Shown here in pieces: positions 9,416 to 19,611 of a stretch of DNA of 64,000 nt. The translations under genes were made by a program, and so were the position numbers. The stretch spans positions 64,001 to 128,000 of the forward strand of contig CAVVNQ010000002.1 of the NCBI GenBank assembly GCA_963749705.1, given 5' to 3'. Below the pieces are notes generated by a model. That model was not told the DNA's origin. It saw only the letters and a program-made list of their open reading frames with translations, and searched no databases. This DNA comes from an uncultured Chloroflexia bacterium (GTDB taxonomy: Bacteria > Chloroflexota > Limnocylindria > Limnocylindrales > CSP1-4). How positions within the stretch are numbered: the stretch's first letter is position 1; every line of letters begins with the position of its first letter.

Positions 9416-10330
9416 ATGACCATCGCGCGATCCCTGCGTGCACACCTGCGGCCGGTGCTTGCCGCCGCGCTTCTCGCCGGCGCGCTCGTCGGCGTGGTCG
9501 CGGTGTGGGGCAACGCGTTCGGGGCGGGTGACAGGTTTGCGTCGCTGGCCCGGCGGATCGAGCTCATCATCGATCCGCCGCCGGACCGCCCGATCGAGGC
9601 GATCGTCCACGTGACGCCGATCCCGAGCCTGGTCCCGACGCCCGCCCCGACCGCCACCGCCAGCCCCGATCCCTCGATCGCGACCCCGACGCCATCGCCG
9701 ACGGCGGTGCCCCGGATCAACGTTGACGTGAATCTGCTGACCGATCCGGAGGCGTATTTCATCACCGAGATCGACAACGAATGGTGTGCGGTTTCAGGTG
9801 TCCAGATCGTCCTCGCGATTCATCACAAGGTTGCCCTTACGAAGGCGGTCCAGAAGGAGATTGCATCGAGGATCGGCGAATGGGAGAGCCGTCGCGACAG
9901 CCTGAACGGCGGCTGGGGTCCCGCCGCGATCGCCGCCGCCCTGGATGCGTATGGCGTTCCCGGATACCAGGTCCGTGCCTATGACACGCGCGCCGATGCG
10001 CTGCGCGACGCCGCGAAGACGATCTCCGAGCTGCACGCTCCGGTCCTGCTCCTGGCCTGGAAGGGCGCGCACACGTGGGTCATGACCGGCTACCGCGCAA
10101 ACGCCGACCCGACGATCTTCGATGATGCGAAGGTGACCGGGGCATACATCCTCGACCCCTGGTTTCCGCGGATCTCCAGCATCTGGGGCCCGTCCGATCC
10201 GCCGGGGACGTTCCAGGACGCCGCCGAGATGACCCGGAACTACCTGCCGTGGAAGCGCCCGGAGGGCCACTACCCGGATCGCGACGGGCTGTACATCGCG
10301 GTCGTGCCGACCATCCCGCTCGATCGCTGA
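9416..10330 (+). CDS. Exported/membrane-anchored C39-like (papain-fold) cysteine peptidase
   Basis: Hydrophobic N-terminus, Pro/Thr linker, Cys (NEWC), His (AHTWVMTGY) and Asp (ILDPW) in C39-like spacing. Confidence 0.65.
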   Translation: MTIARSLRAHLRPVLAAALLAGALVGVVAVWGNAFGAGDRFASLARRIELIIDPPPDRPIEAIVHVTPIPSLVPTPAPTATASPDPSIATPTPSPTAVPRINVDVNLLTDPEAYFITEIDNEWCAVSGVQIVLAIHHKVALTKAVQKEIASRIGEWESRRDSLNGGWGPAAIAAALDAYGVPGYQVRAYDTRADALRDAAKTISELHAPVLLLAWKGAHTWVMTGYRANADPTIFDDAKVTGAYILDPWFPRISSIWGPSDPPGTFQDAAEMTRNYLPWKRPEGHYPDRDGLYIAVVPTIPLDR

Positions 10331-10347
10331 TCGCTGCCGCGCGTCGG

Positions 10348-11709
10348 TCAGGCTGCCTCGAGGCGGGTCGGCCCATCGCCCGCGACGGGCTCGCGGAGCC
10401 GGTGGACGAGGGACGCGCCCAGCAGGAGCATCTTGAGCGCCGTTCCAGAGGCGAAGCCCAGCGGGATCGCCACGATGCCCAGCCCGCCGACGAGCAGCAG
10501 GGTCGACACCACGGTGAGGGCGAACCCGGCCAGCGACGCGCCGACCGGCAGGATCGTGTTGTGGGTCGCATACACGGCGCGTGCCAGCAGATGGCTGAGC
10601 GCATCGAACGGGATGGCGAGCGCGAATGCGGCCAGCACCGTCGAGGTCAGGCGCACGTCCTCGGCATCGAACGCCCCGCCGCCCAGGAACAGGTCGATGG
10701 CCAGCGGACCCACCACGACCAGGCCCACGGCCGCGAGCAGGGTCAGGCCGCCGATCGTTGCCAGGTTCGTGCGCACGAGCGCGAGGAACGCCGGGCGGTC
10801 GCCTGCCGCCCAGGCCGCCGACAGGGCCGGAAAGGCGGCGAGCGAGAACGCCACACCCACCAGCGACACCGGAACGCTCTGGAAGTTTCGGGCGAAGCTG
10901 ACGGCGGTCACGCTTCCTGCGGCGAGGGTCGTGGCGACCGAGGTGAAGAACAGGAACGTCAGCGGCTCCAGCGGGTGGCTCGCCATCTTGGGCAGCATCA
11001 GGCGCACGAACTCGCGGACCGCAGGCATCCGGATGTCGAGCCGGGGCCGTAGCCGGATCGGCGTGCGCGTGATCCCGACGACCCTGATTGCGAGGTGCAG
11101 CAGCGCTCCGGCGATTGCGCCCACGGCGGCGGCGCGGATCCCCATCGTGCCCTGGAGCAGGATCGTCCCACCGGCGATCCCGGCGTTGTACAGGATCGGA
11201 GCGAGCGCGTAGTACATGAACCGGCGCTCGGCGATCAGGACCTCGCCCAGGGTGATCGAAGCGGCGAACAGGATCGGCGTCAGCAGCATCAGCCGGAACA
11301 GCTCGAGATACCGCTCGCGCCCCGCGGCGTCGAAGCCCGGGGCCACGACGCTCACCGTCCAGGGCGCCGCAACGAGCAGGACGAGGCAACCGACGCCCAT
11401 CACCAGCACGGCGAGGGTGAGCACCGTCTGGGCGAATCGTGCCGCCTGCTCGAGATCCTTTCGCCGCAACGAGCTGAACACCGGCACGAACGGCGCGGTG
11501 AGTCCGCCCGCGACCAGCACGTCAAGGGCAAGCTCCGGGAGGACGAAGGCGGCGTTGTACGCGTCGAGCTCGGGTCCCGCCCCGAACGTGCGGGCGAACA
11601 CCCGGTCGCGCGCGAGGCCCATGGCGTAGCTCACGAACGTCAGCACGGACAGGAGCAGCGCGCCCTGGGGCACGAAGCGCGCAAGCCACTGGCGGACGAG
11701 CGTGATCAC
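10348..11709 (-). CDS. murJ: Lipid II flippase
   Basis: GLARD..FGAGPELDAYNAAF.LP, GGL...FVPVF and ARAVYATHNT motifs; many TMs; GTG start after AGGGAGG. Confidence 0.92.
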   Translation of the reverse strand: MITLVRQWLARFVPQGALLLSVLTFVSYAMGLARDRVFARTFGAGPELDAYNAAFVLPELALDVLVAGGLTAPFVPVFSSLRRKDLEQAARFAQTVLTLAVLVMGVGCLVLLVAAPWTVSVVAPGFDAAGRERYLELFRLMLLTPILFAASITLGEVLIAERRFMYYALAPILYNAGIAGGTILLQGTMGIRAAAVGAIAGALLHLAIRVVGITRTPIRLRPRLDIRMPAVREFVRLMLPKMASHPLEPLTFLFFTSVATTLAAGSVTAVSFARNFQSVPVSLVGVAFSLAAFPALSAAWAAGDRPAFLALVRTNLATIGGLTLLAAVGLVVVGPLAIDLFLGGGAFDAEDVRLTSTVLAAFALAIPFDALSHLLARAVYATHNTILPVGASLAGFALTVVSTLLLVGGLGIVAIPLGFASGTALKMLLLGASLVHRLREPVAGDGPTRLEAA

Positions 11710-12107
11710 CAGCCCTCCCTCGGCCGCGGGGTGCGACCCGAAACACCTGACGTGCGGGCCTGCGCCGCAGCGACGGTACTCCACGCGTTCCAGGTCGTCG
11801 ATCGCGGCGGGGCACCGACCGTGTTGTCCCGGCGCACCGGTCAGCACCCGATCCGATCGCCCGGCCCGCCGTGTCACCTCACCCGACACGACCCATCGGC
11901 ACCGGAGCACAAGCGCGACCAGGACGGACGTCACGGCGCCGGATAGGACCACATGTTGCCAGGGGGCGTCGGGATGCCGTTGCGGGACAGCACATAGGTC
12001 CATCGTGCGGTGGTACCCGCGTACCACCGCGTGGACTCTGGACCTGCGCTCCAGGGAGCGTCGCGCCGTCCGATGGTCGGGCGGGCCAGCACACCGGGGG
12101 TGCTGAC

Positions 12108-13634
12108 ATGACGATCGCGACACCACAGCGGAGGATGGTCTCGGCCGCATTGGCCGCTGCCGTCACCCTTGTCCTCATGCCGTTCGTGCCGCCGGTCGTG
12201 GCGGCGCAGCCGGCAGATCCGATCCTCGATGTCGAGGTCGATGTCGACACGGTCTCCGTTGGATCGACCGTCGAGCTCACCGCATCGGTGTATCTCGCGG
12301 ACGGCACCCTGATGACCGGACCGAGCAGCAACACGCAGGTGCGCTTCTACTTCGCAACCGGCAGCGCCAATGCCCCGGCGGGAAACGGGGGAGGGTCCGA
12401 TCTCCAGTGTCATACCGGTCTCCTGGGTACCTGTGTCGTGACCTATGTCGCCGCCAATGCCGGAACCGACGTGATCTGCGCGACGGCGGCCGGGCCGGGC
12501 GACTGCGCCGAGGCGGTCGATGCCCCGGAGATGGTCGACGCGTACGACGCGGTCGAGCGGACGGTCATCGACGGGCTTGCGGGGCCCGATCCGACGCCCA
12601 GCCCGGATCCCGCGCCGACGCCCAGCGCGGATCCCACGCCGACCCCGAGCCCGGACCCCACGCCGACGCCGACGCCGACGCCGACGCCCAGCCCGGACCC
12701 CACGCCGACCCCGAGCCCGGACCTCACGCCGGCGCCGACGCCCAGCCCGGACCCCACGCCGACCCCGACGCCAAGCCCGGATCCCACGCTGGCGCCGACG
12801 CCAAGCACCGAGCCCACGCCGACCCCGAGCGCGGTGGCCACGCCGACGCCCAGCCCGGATCCCACGACGACGCCCCGCCCGGACCCCACGCCGACGCCGA
12901 CGTCGAGCACAGCACCCACACTGACGCCAAGCCCGGCGGCCACACCGACGCCAAGCCCGGCGGCCACACCGACGCCGAGCGCGGACCGCACGCCGGCTCC
13001 GGGCGCCAATGAGCCGGCGGCCCCGACGCCCACGCCCAGCCCAGATCCGACGCCCACGCCCACCGTGGCCCCGACCCCCACGCCGAGCCCCGACCCCAAG
13101 CCGACTCCGGCTGCCACTGCGCCGACCGCTCCCACGCCGAGTCCTGCGTCGATCCCGACCACGGAGCCGTCACCCAGCGTCGATCCCTCGCCCAGCCAGG
13201 GTGACGCACCGGTCGCGTCCCCGAGTCCGACGCCGTCGGCCGACCCGACGCCGTCGGCCGACCCGACGGCGGATCCCAGCCCGACGCCCGAGCCGCTCGT
13301 CGCCGTCGTCAGTTCCGGCGACTCGGACAGCGGACGCGGCCATCCGTCCGCGGACCCCGGCGTGGTCACGCCGCGAGCCGGGATCGCCTCAGGTCCGTCG
13401 GAAGGTGTCGTCGAGTCGGTCGTCGGGTTCGCTCAGCAGAGCGCCGGCCTGATCATCCGGCCGGAGGCGGCGGCCGTGGTTGCATCGGGCTTCGGGTTCC
13501 CGATCCTGCTCGCAGCCCTCGTGCTCGCGTTCCTGCTCATCCAGCCGCAATTCGACGATCGCGACCCGAAGCTGCGTCGCGCGCCCGGGCGCACCGGTGA
13601 CCTGTTGGTCGCATATGAGGACGATCTCCGATGA
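12108..13634 (+). CDS. Surface protein: signal peptide, Ig-like domain with 4 Cys, long Pro/Thr stalk, C-terminal TM anchor and short tail
   Basis: Signal-like N-terminus ending VVAA; beta-rich segment (VELTASV, VRFYF, VVTY, GTDVICA); PTPSPD repeats; TM followed by [11 protein letters not shown]. Confidence 0.8.
   Translation: MTIATPQRRMVSAALAAAVTLVLMPFVPPVVAAQPADPILDVEVDVDTVSVGSTVELTASVYLADGTLMTGPSSNTQVRFYFATGSANAPAGNGGGSDLQCHTGLLGTCVVTYVAANAGTDVICATAAGPGDCAEAVDAPEMVDAYDAVERTVIDGLAGPDPTPSPDPAPTPSADPTPTPSPDPTPTPTPTPTPSPDPTPTPSPDLTPAPTPSPDPTPTPTPSPDPTLAPTPSTEPTPTPSAVATPTPSPDPTTTPRPDPTPTPTSSTAPTLTPSPAATPTPSPAATPTPSADRTPAPGANEPAAPTPTPSPDPTPTPTVAPTPTPSPDPKPTPAATAPTAPTPSPASIPTTEPSPSVDPSPSQGDAPVASPSPTPSADPTPSADPTADPSPTPEPLVAVVSSGDSDSGRGHPSADPGVVTPRAGIASGPSEGVVESVVGFAQQSAGLIIRPEAAAVVASGFGFPILLAALVLAFLLIQPQFDDRDPKLRRAPGRTGDLLVAYEDDLR
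12585..13292 (+). repeat. Coding imperfect tandem repeats encoding (PTPTPSPD)n
   Basis: Recurrent ccgacgcccagcccggaccccacg-like units. Confidence 0.85.
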
Positions 13635-16102
13635 TTGCCGAACGCGTGCGCACCGACTACGCGGCCCTCGCTGACCGGCTGCGGTACCTGCTCCTGCTGC
13701 GGTTCGCCCTCGGCGCGATCGCCATCGGGTTCGGGCTTGCCAGCCCGTCGACGCTCGGCGTTCCGCTCGGCGCCCTGGCGACGGTGACGATCGGATACTT
13801 CGCCCTGGCGCTGGCATTCGGGTGGCTGGGCCACCGCGCACCGGACACGGCATTCGCGACGATGACGACGATGCTCCTCGTGGACGGCCTGTACCTTGCC
13901 GCGGCGATGTATGGCACGGGCGGCACGGAAAGCCCGATGCGGTTCCTCGTCTACCTCCACCTGGTGGCGGTGTCGCTGCTGGCGTCCTACCGCACCGGGC
14001 TCAAGATCGCGCTGTGGCACTCCCTGCTCCTGTTCGTCGTGCTCTACGCCCAGGCCGCGGGGATGCTGCCGCCCGTGGACGTGCTGCCGGGCGGGTCGGT
14101 GCCGATGGACGGCGCCCCGGCGCTCAGCGTCACCGCGTTCTGGCTGTTCGCGCTCGCCACATCCGTGTTCTCCGCGATGAACGAGCGAGAGCTGCGCCAG
14201 CGGCGCGCCGACCTCGAGGCGCTGGTCGCCATGGGGGCACAGCTCGACGACGAAGGCGACCCCATCCATCAGGCGCGGATCGTGCTCGAGTCCCTCGTCG
14301 ACCGCTACGGGTTTCCGCGCAGCGTGGTGCTGGGCGTGGCCGACGAGCGCCTGGTGGCGCTGGGCGTCCATGGTGTCGACCATCCCGTCCCCGGCGATCC
14401 CCTGGACATCGATCCGATCGTCCGGCGGGCATGGGCGGCCCGGGTGCCCCTTGCCCTCCGCCGCCTCGATCGGATCCAGGACCCGGTCCTCGCGCAGCTG
14501 CTGCCCGATGCCACGCGGGTGATCGTGGCGCCGATGGTCGCCGACGGACGCCCCATCGGGGTGATCGCGGTCGAGCACCGCGGCGGCCGGCTCGCCGGGA
14601 TCGAGCGGCGCGTGATCGGCGTCGTGGCCCAGGTGGCGGCGATCGCCGCGCTGAACCTTCGGAACGCGGTCCTGCTCCAGCGGGTGCAGGAGCTCGCAGA
14701 TCGGGATGCGCTGACCGGGGCCGCCAACCGCCATTCGTTCCAGGCGACCCTCGAGCGCGTGATCGACGTGCCGAGCGTCGCCGGGGGCCAGGTCTCTGCG
14801 GTCCTGTTCATCGACCTCGACGACTTCAAGATCGTCAACGACACGCTGGGCCACTCCGCGGGTGACGAGCTGCTGGTCGCGGTGACGCAGCGGATCTCGG
14901 CGCTCGTCCGGGATGGCGATCTGGTCGCCCGCCTCGGCGGCGACGAGTTCGCGGTGCTGACGCAGGACCTGCCGGACCTCCGGAAGTCACGAGCCATGGC
15001 CGAGCGGCTCGTCCGCGAGCTGCGGGCGCCGTATCTGATCGGCAGCCACCCCGTCTCGATCTCGGCCAGCATCGGGATCGCCGGGGCGCGCGACGCGGTC
15101 GATGGTGCCGTCGACATGGTTCGCAACGCGGACACGGCGATGTACATGGCCAAGGCCGGCGGCAAGTCCAGCTTCGCCGTGTTCGACCCGGGGATGCACC
15201 AGGCGATCCGGGAGCGCCACGAGCTCGCGATGGAGCTCCAGCAGGCGGTCGAGCTCGACCAGCTCCAGCTGCGGTACCAGCCGATCATGGACCTCGGCAC
15301 GGGCCGGCTTGCCGGCGTCGAGGCGCTGGTCCGGTGGCGTCACCCCGAGCGCGGCCTGATCCAGCCCGGCCAGTTCATCGAGATCGCGGAGGAGCACGGC
15401 TCCATCCTGCCGATCGGCCGCTGGGTCCTGCGGGAGGCATGCCGCCAGACGGCCGTCTGGCTGGAGCAGGGTGCGATGCCGAGCGACATGTTCGTCGGCG
15501 TCAATGTCTCGGCGCGCGAGGTCCAGGAGGCGGGGTTCGTGGACGGCGTCCGCGAGGCGCTGGGCGACCACGGCGTCGCGGCGACGCGGCTGATCATCGA
15601 GATCACGGAGACCGCGCTGCTGCGCGCAACCCCGTCGACGATCGCCACGCTGCAGGGCCTGCGCGATCTCGGCATCCGGGTGGTGATCGACGACTTCGGC
15701 ACCGGCTATTTCTCCCTGAGCCATCTCCGCCAGTTCCCGGTCGACGCGCTCAAGATCGCGAGCGAGTTCACGCAGGTCGGCGAATCCGAGGACGCGACCC
15801 GGACATCCGCCCTCGCGGCCGCGATCGTGGCGATGGCCCGGTCGCTGGGCATCGAGACGGTCGCCGAGGGAATCGAGACCCCGTTGCAGGCTGACCGGAT
15901 GCGCGAGCTGCAGTGCACCTACGGCCAGGGGTACTTCTTCGCCCACCCGTTGCTGCCCGAGGAGCTGGCGCCGATCGCACGCGCATCCGAGGAGGCGGCG
16001 GCCGCCGCCGCGGCGCTGGCCGAGGCAAGCCGGGTGAGCGGTCGGAGGCAGGGCCGGGGAGCTCAGGCTGTCCGGCCCGCGATGCAGGGCGGCGCCGCCT
16101 GA
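13631..16102 (+). CDS. Membrane-bound GAF-GGDEF-EAL diguanylate cyclase/phosphodiesterase
   Basis: N-terminal TMs, GAF, DALTG, DLDDFK.VND.LGH, RxxD I-site, intact GGDEF; EAL, EITE, DDFGTG and EGIE intact. Confidence 0.95.
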   Translation: MIAERVRTDYAALADRLRYLLLLRFALGAIAIGFGLASPSTLGVPLGALATVTIGYFALALAFGWLGHRAPDTAFATMTTMLLVDGLYLAAAMYGTGGTESPMRFLVYLHLVAVSLLASYRTGLKIALWHSLLLFVVLYAQAAGMLPPVDVLPGGSVPMDGAPALSVTAFWLFALATSVFSAMNERELRQRRADLEALVAMGAQLDDEGDPIHQARIVLESLVDRYGFPRSVVLGVADERLVALGVHGVDHPVPGDPLDIDPIVRRAWAARVPLALRRLDRIQDPVLAQLLPDATRVIVAPMVADGRPIGVIAVEHRGGRLAGIERRVIGVVAQVAAIAALNLRNAVLLQRVQELADRDALTGAANRHSFQATLERVIDVPSVAGGQVSAVLFIDLDDFKIVNDTLGHSAGDELLVAVTQRISALVRDGDLVARLGGDEFAVLTQDLPDLRKSRAMAERLVRELRAPYLIGSHPVSISASIGIAGARDAVDGAVDMVRNADTAMYMAKAGGKSSFAVFDPGMHQAIRERHELAMELQQAVELDQLQLRYQPIMDLGTGRLAGVEALVRWRHPERGLIQPGQFIEIAEEHGSILPIGRWVLREACRQTAVWLEQGAMPSDMFVGVNVSAREVQEAGFVDGVREALGDHGVAATRLIIEITETALLRATPSTIATLQGLRDLGIRVVIDDFGTGYFSLSHLRQFPVDALKIASEFTQVGESEDATRTSALAAAIVAMARSLGIETVAEGIETPLQADRMRELQCTYGQGYFFAHPLLPEELAPIARASEEAAAAAAALAEASRVSGRRQGRGAQAVRPAMQGGAA

Positions 16103-16109
16103 GCCGGTC

Positions 16110-16775
16110 TCAGGCCGCGGTCGCCGTCCCGTCGTCGATCAGCAGCCGGGCCAGCGTGGCACCCAACCAGCGCTCGAACCGATCGTCGGTCCAGCCACGG
16201 TCGACCACGAGCAGGCGGTAGGTCTCGGGGCTCCCGATCGCGTGGAGGACGCCCGCGGCCATCTCGAGATCGAGGCCGCGCGGGACCGGCGCGTCGCCCA
16301 GGACGATCTCGAGCACCGCCCGCTGCATGGCGAGGCGGTCGCGACGAGCTCGCTCCCACAGTCCCGCGATCTCCGGATCGGCGCCGGCCGCCCCCCGCAC
16401 GACCTCGTCCACCGCCGCTCGACGGCGGACACTGGACGCGGTCTCGCGGGCCAGCCGGAGCAGCCGCCGGTGGAGGTCGGGCTCGGTGCGAAGGCGGCGC
16501 ACCCAGGCGCGTTCGAGGATCGGCGGCGCCTGGTCATCGCCGGTCGTGGTGACGCCGGCGAGCTCGGCAAGCAGCGCCCGCTTGGTTCCGAACGTCGCGT
16601 ACACCGTCTCCGGCGACACGCGCGCCCGGATCGCGATCGCGTCCACCGTGGTCGCCACGTAGCCGCGCTGGACGAACAGCTCGCGGGCTGCCTCGATCAC
16701 GGCTCGCCTGGTGGCCGCAGCCTGCTCACGGCGTCGGGGAGAGTGGTACCGTCGGCGACGGAGCGGCGTGGTCAT
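16110..16775 (-). CDS. TetR/AcrR family regulator
   Basis: AARELF..RGY.ATTV..IA.RA.VS.ETVY..FGTK HTH. Confidence 0.93.
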   Translation of the reverse strand: MTTPLRRRRYHSPRRREQAAATRRAVIEAARELFVQRGYVATTVDAIAIRARVSPETVYATFGTKRALLAELAGVTTTGDDQAPPILERAWVRRLRTEPDLHRRLLRLARETASSVRRRAAVDEVVRGAAGADPEIAGLWERARRDRLAMQRAVLEIVLGDAPVPRGLDLEMAAGVLHAIGSPETYRLLVVDRGWTDDRFERWLGATLARLLIDDGTATAA

Positions 16776-16781
16776 GTGGCC

Positions 16782-16809
16782 AGCGTAGCACCGTATTCGT
16801 TACAGTGCT
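16782..16809 (-). promoter_or_regulatory. Extended -10 (TGc-TACGCT) of a leaderless tetR transcript with overlapping palindromic operator
   Basis: TACGCT lies 6 nt before the ATG; AGCACCGTA-ttcgt-TACAGTGCT (16787-16809) is an inverted repeat with one mismatch. Confidence 0.65.
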
Positions 16810-16933
16810 GCTGCCTCGAAATATCCGATGGAGCCGCAGCCCGTCGCAGGTTGTGACCCGATCCGCCCGCGCGACCACGCGCCACCCCCACGAGAATGAT
16901 GCGTCGTCGCCCCCGCAACGCCCACCGGGCCAG

Positions 16934-18463
<1,530 letters not shown>

Positions 18464-18485
18464 GGCCGGATGGTAGCCCCGTGGG

Positions 18486-18878
18486 CTAGCCGATCGACAC
18501 CACCTTGGCGACGTCGATCAGGATCCACAGCCCGAACAGGACGGTGAGCAGGATCGCGGCGATCCGGATGATGTCCTTGACGTCGCGCGCGACGTAGGCG
18601 TACTCCTGCTCCGCGCGGACGGCCAGGGCGCCGACGGGACCGGACTCGCGGGCGACCGACGGCTTGGCCCGGGCGCGCTCGCGCGCCTGTTCGGCGGCGC
18701 GCTCCTCGGCCAGCAGCTGTGCCTCGAGCTCGGCGGCGCGGGCGGTCTCGGCCTCGGTCAGGCCGCTGGGCCGCGGCGCGGCCGCGGGCGCCGCCTGCGG
18801 GGCGGTGGGGGGTGCGGCGCGTCGCGCGATAGGCCGACGCTGGCCGGGGCGGACGCTGCCGCGGGCGCGCTTCGCCAT
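18486..18878 (-). CDS. Hypothetical protein with basic N-terminus, helical middle and C-terminal TM
   Basis: Coding-like codon usage; EYAYVARDV followed by a hydrophobic helix. Confidence 0.7.
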   Translation of the reverse strand: MAKRARGSVRPGQRRPIARRAAPPTAPQAAPAAAPRPSGLTEAETARAAELEAQLLAEERAAEQARERARAKPSVARESGPVGALAVRAEQEYAYVARDVKDIIRIAAILLTVLFGLWILIDVAKVVSIG

Positions 18879-19035
18879 GTCGGGGTTCGGGCCTCCAGCT
18901 CTGGGCGGCGACCGCGAGAGGCGCCGTCGGCGGCAGAGGATACACCGGCTGGCCCGGTCACGGGCTCCGGGACGCTGCGGTACGTGGCCGGTGGGTGCCC
19001 CCTGCTAGACTCCGGCTGACCCCCCGGAGGAGCTC

Positions 19036-19557
19036 GTGGACGACCTGAATGCGCTCGTGGGCCCGAATATCGGCGCCGTCGTCCTGGCCCTGGCTGGGGC
19101 CTGCATCGTGCTCGCGGTCCTGGCGATCCTGCTTGTCCGTCGCAGCTCGCGCTTCGAACGCCGCCTTCAGGGTCTCACGCGCGGGGCCGAGGGCCAGAGC
19201 CTCGAGGCGATCCTCGACGCCCACCTCGACAAGGTCGACGCGGTGGCCAGGGACCTGGACGAGCTGACGGCCCGCGCCGCGATCATCGAATCCATCCAGC
19301 GACGCACGTTCCAGCGCGTCGGGCTGGTCCGGTTCAATCCCTACGAGGACACGGGCGGCAACCAGAGCTTCGCGCTCGCGGTCGTCGACGCGCAGGGAAA
19401 CGGCTTCGTCATCAGCAGCCTGCACGCCCGCGCCGGGACCCGGGTGTACGGGAAGTCGGTGTCCGCGGGCGGCTCGGAGTCGACCCTGTCGGGGGAGGAG
19501 ATGGAGGCGCTCCGGATCGCCATCTCGTCGGGAGCCGGTCCGGGCGCGGCGGGCTGA
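19036..19557 (+). CDS. DUF4446 family protein
   Basis: N-terminal TM, coiled coil, GLVRFNPYEDTGGNQSF, SLHAR..TRVYGK and LS.EE; GGAGG SD and TAGACT -10. Confidence 0.88.
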   Translation: MDDLNALVGPNIGAVVLALAGACIVLAVLAILLVRRSSRFERRLQGLTRGAEGQSLEAILDAHLDKVDAVARDLDELTARAAIIESIQRRTFQRVGLVRFNPYEDTGGNQSFALAVVDAQGNGFVISSLHARAGTRVYGKSVSAGGSESTLSGEEMEALRIAISSGAGPGAAG

Positions 19558-19611
19558 CATCGCTCGAACCGTGACACGCAAGCTGGCACGGGCCTGCGCG
19601 ACCCTGACGCC

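Noticed and set aside
12007-12030. GGTGGTACC resembling a T-box
   Set aside because: No stem I or specifier loop and no amino-acid gene downstream; explained as one arm of a hairpin
12585-13292. Dense tandem repeats as CRISPR or non-coding array
   Set aside because: In-frame, codon-degenerate Pro/Thr linker with no unique spacers
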